DNA of 64,000 bases from Babesia bigemina (lineage: Eukaryota): positions 1,488,001 to 1,552,000 of the forward strand of contig NC_027216.1 of NCBI RefSeq assembly GCF_000981445.1. The letters are read 5' to 3'. The notes under the pieces are model-generated. The model was not told where the DNA came from. It saw only the letters and a program-made list of their open reading frames with translations, and made no database searches. Shown piece by piece: positions 13,501 through 26,228 of the stretch (the first letter of the stretch is position 1; each line of letters starts with the position of its first letter). A program made the translations under genes and the position numbers.

Positions 13501-16500
13501 TACGGACTGGAATAGAAAAGATTCAGAAGGCAAAAGATGAAGTATCATCAATGCGCGATATGCTAGACTCACGCCGTGAGTACTTGACTTCTAAAAACGT
13601 CGAAGCTGAAGACAAGGCAGTTCAGATTAGGAAACTGCAGGCGGAAGCATCGGTGAAGAAAAAAGAGGCGGAGGAGTTGAACCTGTCTCTGGAGGAAGAG
13701 CGTTCGCTTATAATGGACCGTAATAACGAGGTCCAGCAACAACTTTCTCAGGTAACCCCGCTGATTGAGCAGTCCCAGCGAGAGGTTGAGGCCATCAACA
13801 GAAAAACTCTGGACGAACTTCGCTCAATGAGTAACCCACCGCCAGTAATAAAGGCAACGATGGAAACTGTTGTCATGCTGCTGACCAATTCCACCAGCAC
13901 GCACATCGCGTGGGACGCCTGCCGAAAGTTTGTCAAGGCATCAGACTTAATTTCCAAGATTCTGACCTTCGACGCAAAAACACTAGACCCGTTGACCTTC
14001 AGTATAGTTAAGAAAAGGGTAACCGACGATGGATGGGATGTTAACAGAATCAACAAAGCTTCGAAGGCAGCTGGTCCACTGGCGAAATGGGTGATGTCGA
14101 TTATCACATACTCCGAAATCGTCATCCAGGTCGGACCACTGCTTGACGAAGTAAAACGTTTGAACACTTCGTATGTCGAGAATGAGACGAAGATATCACA
14201 GCAGGCGTCAATCCTGGAGGACCTGGAGAATGATATCACGCGATACGAAAGCGAATACTCGGGATTGCTTTTGTCTATCAATAAAATGCAAACAGAAATT
14301 GAACATACTTCGACAAGAATCGATAGGTCAGAATCGTTGCTCATGAGTTTGTCGGAAGAAGTGAACAAGTGGAAGGAGACCATTCAATCGCTTGAATCCC
14401 GCGCACCTTGTCTCGAGGCAGATGCTATTTTGGAATCGAGTATGCTGGTGTTGTCCGGAAGCCTTGATGATTCGAAACGTGACAAATTACACAGAGCCAT
14501 AACAAATGTATTGTCGAGCAGGGCTATATGTTACAGCTATGATTTCTCGTCCGTATTGAACTTCGACCGTTGCATATTACAGGAGAACATGCCATACCGC
14601 AACAGCATATTAGTGGACGCTCCAGATCTCCTCTATCCTTCTATAATAGGATGTACCTATAAAACGGCGTCAGCCTGCGATAACCATTTTATGGCAATCC
14701 TCACTTCCAGCAGGGAATGCAAATTGACTCTCCTAATAAAGGACATCGTGCACGCAACATTGGCTGTGAAGCGAGCAATATTTAAGGCAGTGCTTGGAAA
14801 CGACTGCAGACATGGCTTTCATATTCTCCTGCAAATATCTTCATCCGACCTAAGACGCTGTCAGCACCCGGAAACCGAGGATGATCATCTGCTTTTGAAC
14901 ATAAGCGAATTGTGCCTCATATTGCATCTGAAACTATCGCATCGTAACTTCGAATCATACTGTACTGATATACTTACCCAAGAAATCGATCCCCAGCTTC
15001 ACAAGGCGCATGAGGACGTGACGGCAACAATTGATAAGTTGAAAACAGATCTGAGAAATACAGAGGATGAGCTGCTCGAATTTCTGGTGGACACATCGGA
15101 CATACTTGATGAATCCACATCTGTTTACCTTGAAGAATATAAGAAAAAGTGTGAGAGCTTGCAACGATCCATGGGTGAATGCGCTATCATCGAGGATCGT
15201 TTCAGGTGCTTGGTATCCGAGCATTCCGACTTTACATCTTTTATATCGGCAACGTATGTATCCATGAAACGATTAGAAAGTTTAAATAGCTTGTACAACT
15301 TTGACGTGTCCCTATTGGTACATGCTATGAAACTGTCCTGCCTAACTGAAGAACGCAAGGTCACATTTTTGAGGAACTTTTTCGGGTGGATAAACCAATC
15401 AATATTCTCCGAAGATAGCATTTTCTGGTGCTTTGAGGTGCTCCGTTTGTACAACGACCATGTTGAAGAAAATGACGACTTCAGACAAATGGTGGACGAC
15501 ATTTCGTCACCCAGTATGGACCCAACAGCCATGTTGATGGCGATGGAAGGCATGAAAACGAAACAGCTGTTTCCCGATGTTAATGGCCTTTATGGATATG
15601 ATACAAGCGTTTTTGCTCACTTCAACATGATCATCATAGTAACTAGTGGGTTGGAGGACCCCGCTGCGTTCGTAGAAGCATACACTCGATCACAAGGATT
15701 CGAATTGCGAACCCTGGCCATGTGTACTCCTTCTGAGGCACCTAAAATCGAATTGGCAATAGAGGAATGTCTATCCGAGGGAAGTTGGGTATTGCTAAAG
15801 AACGCCCATCTTGCACCGCACTGGTTCAAAAAATTCGAATCCCAGTTCCCACGCCAAATAGAAGGCCCAAAGGTGTTCATCACATGGGATAATGCAATGG
15901 AATTGGACATCACAATACTGATGCGCAGGTACCGCATCATTTACCAGGGAGCTGAAACGTTGCAATCAACCCTGCACCAGCTGTACCAAAGGTTCAGTGA
16001 TGCGTTCGTAAGAGACGACAAAGTTAAGTACCACCTTATGACAAAGTCTTTGCTTGTTCACGCTATAGTGATTTGTCGGCAACGGTATGTACCCTTCGGT
16101 TGGACGATGCGATGCATGTTTGACAACAACGATTTGCTGTTGTCCATAAATGCAACCTTGGAGTTCCACAGAAACTTCCTCCACTACTTGAGTGACATGT
16201 CCAATATCCATACAGAGTTATACGCCAACAACTTCTTGGTCAACGAATGGCGCGAACGTATTTTCTCTGTCTATTGGCCAAAGCTATCGACTGAAATAGA
16301 CGAGAAGATCATGTGGGAGATTCTGGAGTTCACCGACCCTGCCTGTTATCCCATAGAACTGCCCGGGGAAGACCTTTCAGCATGGATTCAACAACTTCCG
16401 GGTGTGGCAAGAGCCTCTCTGATAGGTTTACCGGACGGCGTGGACAAGATCATCTTAGAATCTAGGTTCCGCCAGTTGCGCGCATTCAACGACTTAACCA

Positions 16501-17196
16501 CCGCCGATGGAGCTCTTATACATCATGAAGATGTATCGATTTCCGATTTTCCGGAGGCAGTCATGGGAGATGCAGAACCCCTTTTAGTTGCGGCGATGCG
16601 TAATCAGTGGCGTGAGAGTTGCAGCACGTACGGCCAAACTTTGATCACCGCAGAGTTCAGGAAACTCGCGGAGTTTGAGACACGTACCAAGTCAATTACA
16701 ACGAGACTGCACATCTTTTCAGACCCGACAAAACTGTTGGAACTCTTGCGGCTGCTAGTTTCGCGCTCGTCGGGAGTGAAGGCAGAAATGCTGGAGCTCC
16801 TCGCTGCGCCGATTGAAGTATTTGAGGCTGATACTCAGCCCCAGTCAACATCGCACAGTTGCGATTGCTTCCAATCTAAAGAGACCCTCATACTAGACAA
16901 CTTGGAGCTAGTAGGCGCATCCTATGATTTCTCTACATCTACCCTTGCTGTTCCCGCCAATGCGGACATTGACGTTAGACAACGAATGTGCGTCTGCCTG
17001 CAGTGGGTAAGTCATTCATGTAATGACGCCGGCTACACTACTCTGCTCCCCGTATACGATTCGCAAAGGTTGGTTCTCCCATCATCATCATCATAATACA
17101 TGCCTCAGGACTCTCAAATTCACAGTGAAATTGGCTATAGACACGCGCAACAGTTTGGCCAACCTCAAGAATGTGCATTTTGACGGCATAGACTAG
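4504..17196 (+). CDS. Dynein heavy chain, cytoplasmic-type, divergent (about 4190 aa, 4 exons)
   Basis: Introns 6616-6649, 7340-7376 and 17069-17108 join three ORFs plus a short terminal exon in frame. Motifs: AAA1 GPAGTGKTESVKAL and FDEFNRL, linker CPRYFFIRDEELFQIVG, AAA2 GPTGSGKT and WVENMNSVLDDN, MTBD ELRSMSNPP and SKAAGPLAKWV, AAA6 GSWVLLKNAHLAP, C-terminal LPVYDSQRTLKFTV. Confidence 0.95.
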
Positions 17197-17465
17197 TTAT
17201 TATTTTGCGATTTAAACTTTTCGTTCCACTTGGCTATTTCTTCGTCAGTGAAGTACTCCGCTTCCCTCTTCCTGAAGAAAATGCCGTTTGCTCTCGGATT
17301 GCGCTTTTCGCTGACGTATATCCAGGCTAGTGACATGCATATAGCTACCGCGGTATGTCATATTCACCCTGTACACTTACCGCAGCTCCAGGTTGCGACC
17401 TTGTTAGCAGGGCTGCCTTTGAGCAACACGGTTCGCCAGATGTGGTTGTACGAGCGGCGAAACAT
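17193..17465 (-). CDS. Small two-exon single-pass membrane protein (78 aa), function unknown
   Basis: AAAATG at 17465 and a canonical 36-nt intron GTAAGT..TAG at 17345-17380. Spliced product: MFRRSYNHIWRTVLLKGSPANKVATWSCAICMSLAWIYVSEKRNPRANGIFFRKREAEYFTDEEIAKWNEKFKSQNNN*. Invisible to the ORF track. Confidence 0.75.
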
Positions 17466-17790
17466 TTTGCGGCAGTTCACTCAGCTTCGGCGCAACTTGT
17501 TCTACTCATAGACTGTAAGCGTGCTTGATCATCAGTTAGCAACGGAACAGCGATATTGGAATCATCGGTGACGGCCGGCAACGGCACAACATTCTACGTA
17601 CACATCCAATTAAACAGTGTTTTACCCTCTATATCAATTCGCAAATACACTTCAAACAACGTCACCATCACTTATGAGGCGAATCTGACGATCATTCGCC
17701 TCTGAAGACACGCGCCAATTTACACATCGACCAATGTAGCTCTAAGTCATCGCATAAGGGTTAAGAATGATTTCGTTACCAGCGGTAGCC

Positions 17791-20631
17791 ATGGACCGCC
17801 TCGGTCTGGGTCCGCCGAAGTTAAAGCCTGACTTCTTTGTCGATCATCGGAAGGTGTGTCGGACGCTGTCGCCAACCATGGTTTTCAGGGCGAAGTTGGG
17901 GAGCTGCGCCTGCTGCTACGCAAGATGGCAGCAGATTACAAGAGCGCGTCGTCGTTAAGCGGTTTGTTAGTGCGTATTCCGACCGATATACCGCAGCGTA
18001 TACCCACGCTGATAACAACACGAGGCGCCGTGAGATTCTGAAGCGTCTGATACGGTGTATGACGCTTGGCGTGGATGTATCTCGGCTGTACACGGAGGTG
18101 GTGATGGTATCGCATACAGCGGACCCAGTCCAGAAGAAAATGATTTACATGTACCTCTCTACGTACAGCAAGGACAACCCCGATCTCACCGTGCTGACGA
18201 TAAACACGCTGTTGAAGGATATTGAGAACGTGGACCCTGTTATTCGCTGCCTAGCGCTGCGCAACATCTCCGCTTTTGGCACTAAGCTCTCGAATGACTA
18301 CGCAAAGGACGCCATCCTCAAGAAGTTTCACGACCCTGCGGATGCCGTGAAGCGCTCTGCCATCATAGGCGGATTGCGCGTCTACAAGTCACAGTGCGCC
18401 ATTGCCAAGAAGGAGCATGCGGACGAGTCGGACTGCCACGAGCACCGTTCCGCCATACTGCAGCACCTGGTGTCGTCCCTGAAGTCGTTGAATCTGGACG
18501 TGATGTTCGACTCCTTGTGCGTATACAGTGAGATGCTGGGTCAGGGAGACGACATAAAGCTGAGCAAGCACAGCATAGTGTACCTCATAAACCGCATAAA
18601 GAAGATGACCGAATGGCAGCAGTGCCTTACCCTGCAGCTGCTGCACACTTACACCCCCGCTGGAGACGAGCTGTTCGACCTCCTGAACCTGCTTGACGAG
18701 TTGCTGAACTATTCGTCCACCGCCGTGTTCTTGGCCACGGCAAAGTGCTTCCTGGCGTGGACGGCTCATGACGACATGCTGCAGCTGGAGGTTATCAGGC
18801 GGGTCGAAATGCCCATGATCGCTCTTATCACGCACTCGTGCGACGAGATCGCATACAATCTACTGCTTAACACCCTGCTTATGATCGTTAACGGTGAGTT
18901 TGGGTGGTATATTGCGCAACTGTTGCAGCCCCGAGGCTGGAGGATGACAGCGGAGCGGGGGAAACCTACAAGCCGCCGTTTGCGGACCACTACGAGGTCT
19001 TTTTCTTCCGCTACGATGACCCGTCTTATATCAAGCACGTAAAACTGAATATACTGGTCGCGATTGCGTGTGAGGTCAGTTCCGTGCTTCCGCTTTTCAG
19101 CGTCTGTAGGCAAACTATCTGGAGATAGTGAAGGACCTCAATGAATATGTTTCTGACACCAACCACGCCATTGCCGCGAAATCGGTCAAGGCGGTTGGAA
19201 TAATAGCGCTGAAGTTTCCAGCGCACCTCGAGTTTATAATGTCACAGGTATGTTACGCATACGTTGAATACATGCTCCTTTAGATGTCGGTCGTGTTCAG
19301 CCTGGGGATCTCGTATCTCATAAGTGCCGCGCTGTACGTGATACGCGCGTTGCTTTTGGTCTACCCGTCCGGCGTCGCCAAATTACTGGAGATCGTCGAG
19401 GCCTCCCGTGACTTCTTCCGGGAGCCGCAGGCCTTGTCGTACTACATTTGGATCCTTGGTACGTTGTCCCTTAGTTGCTCTCACACGTGTCAGGTGAATA
19501 CGGTGAAAGCGTTGAGCACGCGCCTTACACGCTCGAGGATCTTATTGACCGCCCTGACATCTCCGATATCGCCAAGGAGTTGCTCTGCGCCTCCATGAAG
19601 GTGTTCTTCAAACGACCGCCTGAAATGTTCCCTGGACTCTCACGGCTGCTACGCAGGGTAGGCGTAATGTTTTCGCAATCCTGCAATTGGTAAAAGGTCA
19701 TGAGCGAGATTCAAGATCCAGATCTTGTTGGCCACGCTGACTTCTACTACGTGCTCCTCTCCACTGACTTGGCGGTTGGTTATGGCGGGTGGACGTCGCA
19801 TTACGTTTGTAGGCTGCGGAAAAGATTGTAATGGCCCCATCGTCTCACGACGCTGCCTCCGTGTTGGAAAATTGCATAGTACGTACCGCATTAAACTCCC
19901 CATATGCCTCAGGTCGACTTGGGCATCGCGCTGCCAAGCGTTCACTGGCTGGATTCATTCAACAGTGTGCACGCTTTTGACGAGGACCTATCGCAAGGCA
20001 GCTCTCCCAGTCGTTTTTTCCCCTTTACGTACGGCGACGTAGACACTGACATTTTGATGACGCCAGCTGCCGCCGAATCGCCGGAGGACAGCTCAAGCTG
20101 CGCGGACTCGTCATACAATACCGTTGAAGGATACGATCTCCCAGGAGCTGTTAGCACGGATGAAAACGCGGCACCCACCACGTTGCAAGATCGCCTGGCC
20201 CCCCTGCACCTGGTGGTGCCGAAGACGCTGCTGTCGGAGGAGTTCCAGAAAAGCTGGTTCGCCTGCGACGCCATTTGCCAAAGCACTGATGAGGTGGCAT
20301 CCGCGCATGCCGACGTTAACTTTGAATCACTGGAGGACTTGCTTTTCGACGTTCACATCGCGACGCTCGCCTCCGGCAAGAGCCAGAACACGACGAAGAT
20401 GTACCAGTACGCGCAGAACGCGGCGGGGTAAGGAACACAGCAGCCTCAACAACGGCGCGCAGGCAAATGTACTACATGGAGCTGACGTTAACTCCGGTTG
20501 ACGGGAGGTGGAAGATACAGGCGTCCGTGAAGTCGCAGCGCGCTGGCTGCGACGAGGCGCTACTGCAGTCCTTCGCAGACACGCTGTGCAACTGCGCCAG
20601 CAACTGGGTATCAGGCGACGATACGAATTGA
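17791..20631 (+). CDS. AP4B1: Adaptor protein complex beta subunit, AP-4 beta type, multi-exon
   Basis: FFVDHRKGEVGELR, MTLGVDVSRLYTEVV..QKKMIYMYL, DPVIRCLALR, FFFRYDDPSYIKHVKL, KVFFKRPPEM, and a short appendage HIATLASG..MYQYAQ. The QKK motif and short ear favour AP-4 over AP-1/2. Confidence 0.85.
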
Positions 20632-20649
20632 CATGTTTAGTAAGAGATT

Positions 20650-21669
20650 TTAGCTACTGACGGTTTTTTCGTATGGCGCCAGGTCGCCGCAGCACATTTG
20701 CGGGATGAGCCATTTTGCTTCGTGCTTCGCGTCGGGTGGCGCCTCCGTGTGAATGAACCCGTTGGGGCCCTTGGTGATGCGCCCCATGGGTTTGAACCCC
20801 CGTGCAATGATGAAGCACTCCGCGCTTGTGAGTCTTGAGGCGGCGGGCTTGTGGATGCTGAAGTCGTCAAAGAACATGTTCACTTGCCTATATATGGGCG
20901 CGTCGGAGTCGCTGGAGAAGGCCTTGCACACAAACAGGCCTTCCGGGTCGAGCACGGACGCACACACGCTGATGGCGGCCCGTATAAGGCACGACTGGAC
21001 GTACGCGTCGGTTTCGTGGAGCCCGCTGACATCCGGGGCACCGTCGCACGATACGATCTGGGCCAGGCTGCTGTCCGCCAGGGAGGTGTCGTCCTTTGCG
21101 CACTCCATCAGGCGTTTGCTAACATTCTGAACGAACAGATTCTTGATGTTCTCCATAACCTTCTCGTTCGTGATGTCTCCCTTTATGATCTCGACTCCCT
21201 TCACCGGCGCCATGTCTTGCAGGTCCACCGCTATGATCACGGGCTTCACCGTGCAGCTGTCCTTGAGCCTGGGGCAAATCGCCTTCTCCTTGGCGATCGC
21301 CTTCGAGGCGTCCTTGTAGACGAAGTACTCGTTGTACACGAAGTCGCGTATGCACTGCGTCCAGCTCCCGGGCGCCGCGCAGAGATCCACCACGTTCCTG
21401 ATGCGAGGAAGGCTGGAGCAGTGGTATACCTGAGCCCTGGCTTCGCAAATGTCGAATTTGTGGACGCCGCTCAGGTCCTCGTCTGGGCAGCAGTGCTCGC
21501 ACTTGGTATTACGGAGCAGCTCCATGATCGGGTCTATTCGAGCAATCGGATGGAAAATTCCGTACGCCTGGAAAATGTGGAGCAATTTGTAGGCGCTTCT
21601 AGCGCGGTAACCATCCTCCTTGGCTTTGCGATAGTAAACGTCCCTATTCTCCTTGGTGGTGTGAGCCAT
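20650..21669 (-). CDS. TRM7: tRNA (C32/G34) 2'-O-methyltransferase, FtsJ/Trm7 family
   Basis: RDVYYRKAKEDGYRARSAYKL, VDLCAAPGSW, AVDLQDMAP, CDGAPDVSGLH, KPAASRLTSAECF. Single 339-aa ORF. Confidence 0.92.
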   Translation of the reverse strand: MAHTTKENRDVYYRKAKEDGYRARSAYKLLHIFQAYGIFHPIARIDPIMELLRNTKCEHCCPDEDLSGVHKFDICEARAQVYHCSSLPRIRNVVDLCAAPGSWTQCIRDFVYNEYFVYKDASKAIAKEKAICPRLKDSCTVKPVIIAVDLQDMAPVKGVEIIKGDITNEKVMENIKNLFVQNVSKRLMECAKDDTSLADSSLAQIVSCDGAPDVSGLHETDAYVQSCLIRAAISVCASVLDPEGLFVCKAFSSDSDAPIYRQVNMFFDDFSIHKPAASRLTSAECFIIARGFKPMGRITKGPNGFIHTEAPPDAKHEAKWLIPQMCCGDLAPYEKTVSS

Positions 21670-21966
21670 CTCCGGAATAGAATTGTTTGCACTGGATAGC
21701 GTCGTGATATAGTTTTAGTAAATATGTACGAAGGAGGGATGGACGGGTGCTATCGTTGTTTGGTCTCAGAATCTGAAAGCATGGTCCATGGCTCCCTGCG
21801 TCGAAGATTCCAACCGCTCTCTTATCGCCTATCCAAAAATACTACGTCGTGCCACTGAACGATTACCCGTCACCGCAAAATTTTATGTTGTGACTATTCT
21901 AGTGAGCGGACCCGCCCGGGCGGCCCCTGATCCGCATCGCCCATGGGGACGGCCCGCGTCCTGCGG

Positions 21967-23247
21967 TCAGTTTGGAGCGCTGAAAACGTTCTGGTTCGAC
22001 AGCTCGTCATCCGGCAGATCCGTTTCGCGATCGCGGTTCTGATGAAGTTGAAGCACTCACATTTAGTACCGTACCTTTTTATCTATCTCCTGTTGCTGCT
22101 TGCGCAGGGCGTCTGACTCACGTTTAAGCCTTCGCATCTGTGACCCATGTTCGCGCTGCATCCAGCCGCTTACCATGATGGGGGAAACGTAGTTCTTATT
22201 CTTCCAGAGCATCGTGCCGTTGAAGCTGCCGGAGAGGATGAGGATGGGCTCCACTACGAACTGCGGCCCTGCGGAATCATCAGCTGTCGCCGCCGTGACG
22301 GTCGCGTACCTATCTCCGTGAGCACTTGTTGTTGCGGCTTGTTCATGGCGAACTCGTTTTCCGGTGCGATTTGGTAGTGTCTGAAGAAAATGCGCCCGTC
22401 GAAGTAGAAGAACGAGAGGCAGTGGTCGCAGAACGGCTTGCTCTTCGGGTGGTTGTTGGGAGTCCCGAACACGTGCATCAGCACCTGTTTGATGAGCTTG
22501 AGGTGCGCCGTGGACTCGAACGCGTTGTCAAACGTGAGCAGCGGCCTAGAGTAGAGCAAGCAGTTCCCGGCGAACGTGGAATCCCTCAGGGTGTGCACTG
22601 TTCGCACGTTAGATGGCACATAAAACGACTAACCGTTCGTAAGTCGCCCCTTCAGCGTCGGGCCGTTAGGCGTCTTGGAGATCCACATGATCATTTCACT
22701 TTTGCGTGCCTCTATGAAGATGGCGCTGTCACACCTAAACACCGATCACCAACACATTGAGCTTCTACTGACCCAGAGAGCCCAGCAAGTGTGTTTATTG
22801 CCGTGTACGACTCTTTCTTCTCCAGCTTGGACTGCGCGGAGTTAAGGAGGGGTTGTCTGCGGTTACCTCGGCCTTGTGATGCGGGAGCATCAGCTTGATG
22901 TCGTTCATGAGCTGCCTTCCTAGGCTGGAAATGCCCCTACTCGCCAGCACTATGGTCTTCTTCTTGTTGGTGTACTTGGCATTCTGCTTGATGTAGTAGG
23001 CGTCCTTGAGGCGGTAGGGGTCCATGTCCACATCTTCGTCGGCGCCGCTGTCGCTGTCGTCGTTCACCGCCTTTTGCAGCTTGTCCACGCTTTTCTTCGG
23101 CGCCCGCGCTGCGAGATTCGCAGTGCTCGTGTTTGCCTTCGCATCCTGCTTCACAATGTGTTCGAGCGACTTCCGAATGGATTCCCCCTTCTCCACCAGC
23201 TGCTTCTTGATTTCACCTTTGGATTTTTTAGTCGTTATTTTCTTCAT
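21967..23247 (-). CDS. BRX1: Ribosome biogenesis protein Brx1 (Brix domain), multi-exon
   Basis: LASRGIS..RQLMNDIKLMLPHHK, GNCLLYSRPLLTFD, FGTPNNHPKSKPFCDH, RHYQI, LTEIG, ILSGSFNGTMLWKN. Last exon DLPDDELSNQNVFSAPN*. Confidence 0.92.
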
Positions 23248-23552
23248 TTTATCAGGGTGTAAGATATGCGATAGCTTCTGGACGTCTATCACGCCGCCAG
23301 CCCGGTCTTTACGGCGCCTCTGGATGACGGCAGCCCTACTTGGCACGAGAAAGGCGACCAGCCGGCAGTGGACACCCATCACCCATTGTTCTGTATAAAG
23401 TATATGCGATTATCTAATTGTTAGTGGGTAAATGTGGCCTTCACGTTGTGTACCGGCGTAGAGAAAGGCCAGTATTCGCCATGGAAAATCCACTCTTGCG
23501 ATTCAGCGGTCGGCAGATTACACAAACACGCCAAAATCGCCCTGCGCTACGC

Positions 23553-25251
23553 TCAGAAGTAGTTCGTGTCTTGTAGCGAGAGCTCCTTGAGCTGCGACGC
23601 GAGCACGTCGAGTTCCCCGCCCTCGGCGCTGCCGTCCTTAGACACTTGCATCCTGCACCCGCCATTAGGTTTCCTCTAGTGTAACTTACTTCGGATTCTG
23701 GTAGAAATCGACGTTGCGCTGCAGTTCCTTCTTGTTCATCAGCTCCTCCTTGAAATCAAGCAGCTCGTCCTCCTCAATCTCATCGTCCGATTCGCCGCCC
23801 TTCGTCTGCGGTTCGTGATAGACACATCTAGCCATCTGTAACCCACCTGCACGATCCTCTTGAGCACCCAGTTGGTTTTGAAAGCCCTCTTGTTCTTGAC
23901 CTTGCGGACGAGGATCACGTCAAAGGGTATCTTGTTAGTGATGTCGGTTTCCTCCTCGGCGAGGCCGTTCATGTTGATTCGTCTGATGTCGTAGCCGCTG
24001 AAGGTGTCGCCCACAGCCAGCGCCTTCCCCAGATGCGATTTCGTGTAAATGACGGTTGAAGAGTTGACTGCCATAATCTCGACGTCGACGAGCCTGCACG
24101 GGATAGCGCGGTTGCAACGCGACCCTACTCATAGTACGGGTGTGTGTTCTTGCTTTCGCGGTCCTTCTCGACGTTGAGGATGATGAAGTTGCAGAGGTTG
24201 AACTTGGTGAACACTGGAACGATTTGGTGGGCGGCATTCGGGCTGCTAAACTCACGCGACGAGAACGGGTTCTTCCAGTACTTGTCTCCAGAGACCTCCA
24301 ACGTACGTAACGTGAACGGGTCGATTAGACTGATGGTGGTGGTCAGGTTGACGCACAGCATGAAAGGCGAGACACCGCCGTTCATCGAGGCCACCTTCGG
24401 CGGCAGGAACACCTGACGTGTCTGTCAACATTCGGGTAACCGGCCTACCAGGTCGTCTGCGCAGATGGGAATGAGCGTAACCTGCAGTGTGTACTTGTAA
24501 TCCCACTTGTTGTTCACGCTGTCCTGCGTGATCAGCTTCTTGCTGTTTTTGACTTGCGACACGATCTTGTCGGAGATGAAGTCGGCGAACTTTTGGGCAC
24601 AAGTCTTGCTTTGGAAGTGCAGATCGAAGCCGTTGCGCCTGGAGAGGATGCTGGACACGTTCTCGTGCGCGTTGTGCTTGATGATGACCTGCTCCAACAT
24701 GAGGATGTGCCGCTTGTCCTTGGTCTTCTGCCTGATCTGCACCATCGCCTTCCACGTGTGCGGTGTGTACATGCGCTTGCAGTAGTCGCACTGGCTCGAC
24801 CTGATGGCGAAGTCGATCACGAATGTCTGCTCAACCACGAAGCTGTTGTCCACCTCCTTCTGCACGCAGATCTTCACTTTGAGCTGCTTGCTGTGGTGCT
24901 CCGTGAAGACGAACGACGCGTTTATGATCTTCATGGCGTCCAGCCCCTTAACCTTCTTCAGGCATATGGACAGCAGCTCCCTGCTTTCCATCTCGCAATT
25001 GAGCCTGCGCGCGTCTGTGGTCTGGTTGTCGGTGCGTACCATCTGTCGTGGAAGAACTTTTTGCACGTTCCACACTGCAAAATCGTACAGTGTGTCGCCA
25101 CCTCCTGCGACAGGTTGACGTTTTTCGAGATACACAGGTGGCACATCCTAGAAGCAGTCGGCTTCGCAACGACGTCCCCGCAGAGGCAACATCGCATCGG
25201 CGCGTACGACGGCTCCGCCGCCGCAAATGTACCCGTATACCAATCACCCAT
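23553..25251 (-). CDS. NMD3: 60S ribosomal subunit export adaptor Nmd3, multi-exon
   Basis: CCLCG..MCHLCI, CGTCKKF, ESRELLSICLKKVKGL, FTEHHSKQLKVK, QCDYCKR, VQIRQK, PICADDLV, TKSHLGKALAVGD, DVILVRK. Confidence 0.95.
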
Positions 25252-25565
25252 TGCGCCTCTCTGCGTATTGTATGACAAAATGTTAGCACTGTGCAAGAGC
25301 TACATTGTCTGCCGGCCAGGTCGGTCGCGACAGAGGCTCAGTGGAAGGCAGCCCCCATAGGTGTAATCCATACGCCACTTAAGGAAGTCTCGCTATTTCG
25401 AACGCCGTTTTTACAACACTGTAATGGTGTGCAGTCGCTGTGGCGCGAGGTAGTTTTTTTGCCGACACCAGCTGCTGCTTGGTGGCAACGATCACCGTAG
25501 CGCGTCGATAGCTGAATATTTCGCACACCAAATTGCATCTGCACCTAGATTCCGCTGTGTTTGCG

Positions 25566-26059
25566 ATGACATATTATGACAACTGGAGCGGGTTTCTCCA
25601 GGAAGCGCGCTCTCTGTTTTGCGGTCGGCCTCTGAAGGTGAGATATAGACACGCATTACCGGCGGGTGTGCGAGGTCCTTCGCGCGATTCACAACTGTAA
25701 CACGCTCATCCACTCCCAGACTCGCTACTCGGTCAAGTACGTGAAGGGAGAAAAGTGCCTGGTGCTCAAAGTGACCGACGACAGGAAGGTGTGCTGCATC
25801 TCCTGTTTCGTTTCTCATGATGCGCAGTGCTGCATGTTCAAGCTGAGTCGCCAGGGCAACTTGCGACAATTGCAACAGTTTAATCAGCTGTTCCTCAACT
25901 GGTCGCTTTCCAGGGACACCGAGAATCCCGAGGCTCTGCCGCTCAAGGTTACTGGTAAGTTGCAGTTGAGTGCTCGCCGCCCACTCTCGGCGACCATTAC
26001 AGCGCTGCGCAGCCGCTAAACCGAAGTCAAACCGGAAAGTGAATGCTCGCAACTCGTGA
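25566..26059 (+). CDS. SRP9: Signal recognition particle 9 kDa subunit, 4 exons (last acceptor uncertain: stop at 26019 or 26059)
   Basis: Spliced MTYYDNWSGFLQEARSLFCGRPLK|TRYSVKYVKGEKCLVLKVTDDRK|CCMFKL..LQQFNQLF matches the SRP9 pattern W..F...L....P..TRY..KY.....LVLKVTDD. Confidence 0.88.
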
Positions 26060-26228
26060 TTGCGGCGATCGACAAGCGAGATGTCATCGGAGGGGGTTGC
26101 CAGCGTAAGCCCCGAGACGAAGGTACTTGCCCATTGCCGCCACGCAGCGCGGTATTAATTTTAATTGTGACCGTTTGCTTAGTGGTACGTACAATGCGTT
26201 GATACGAAGATTCGCGGCCCATGTGACC

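Noticed and set aside
17080..17094. (CAT)5 microsatellite giving a poly-Ser end to the dynein ORF
   Set aside because: It lies inside the predicted intron 17069-17108, so the ORF-track C-terminus is an artefact.
20851..21699. 282-aa + strand ORF, and many similar long antisense ORFs (e.g. 24554-25360, 31591-32202, 58802-59596)
   Set aside because: These are shadow ORFs opposite GC3-rich genuine genes, with no independent motifs.
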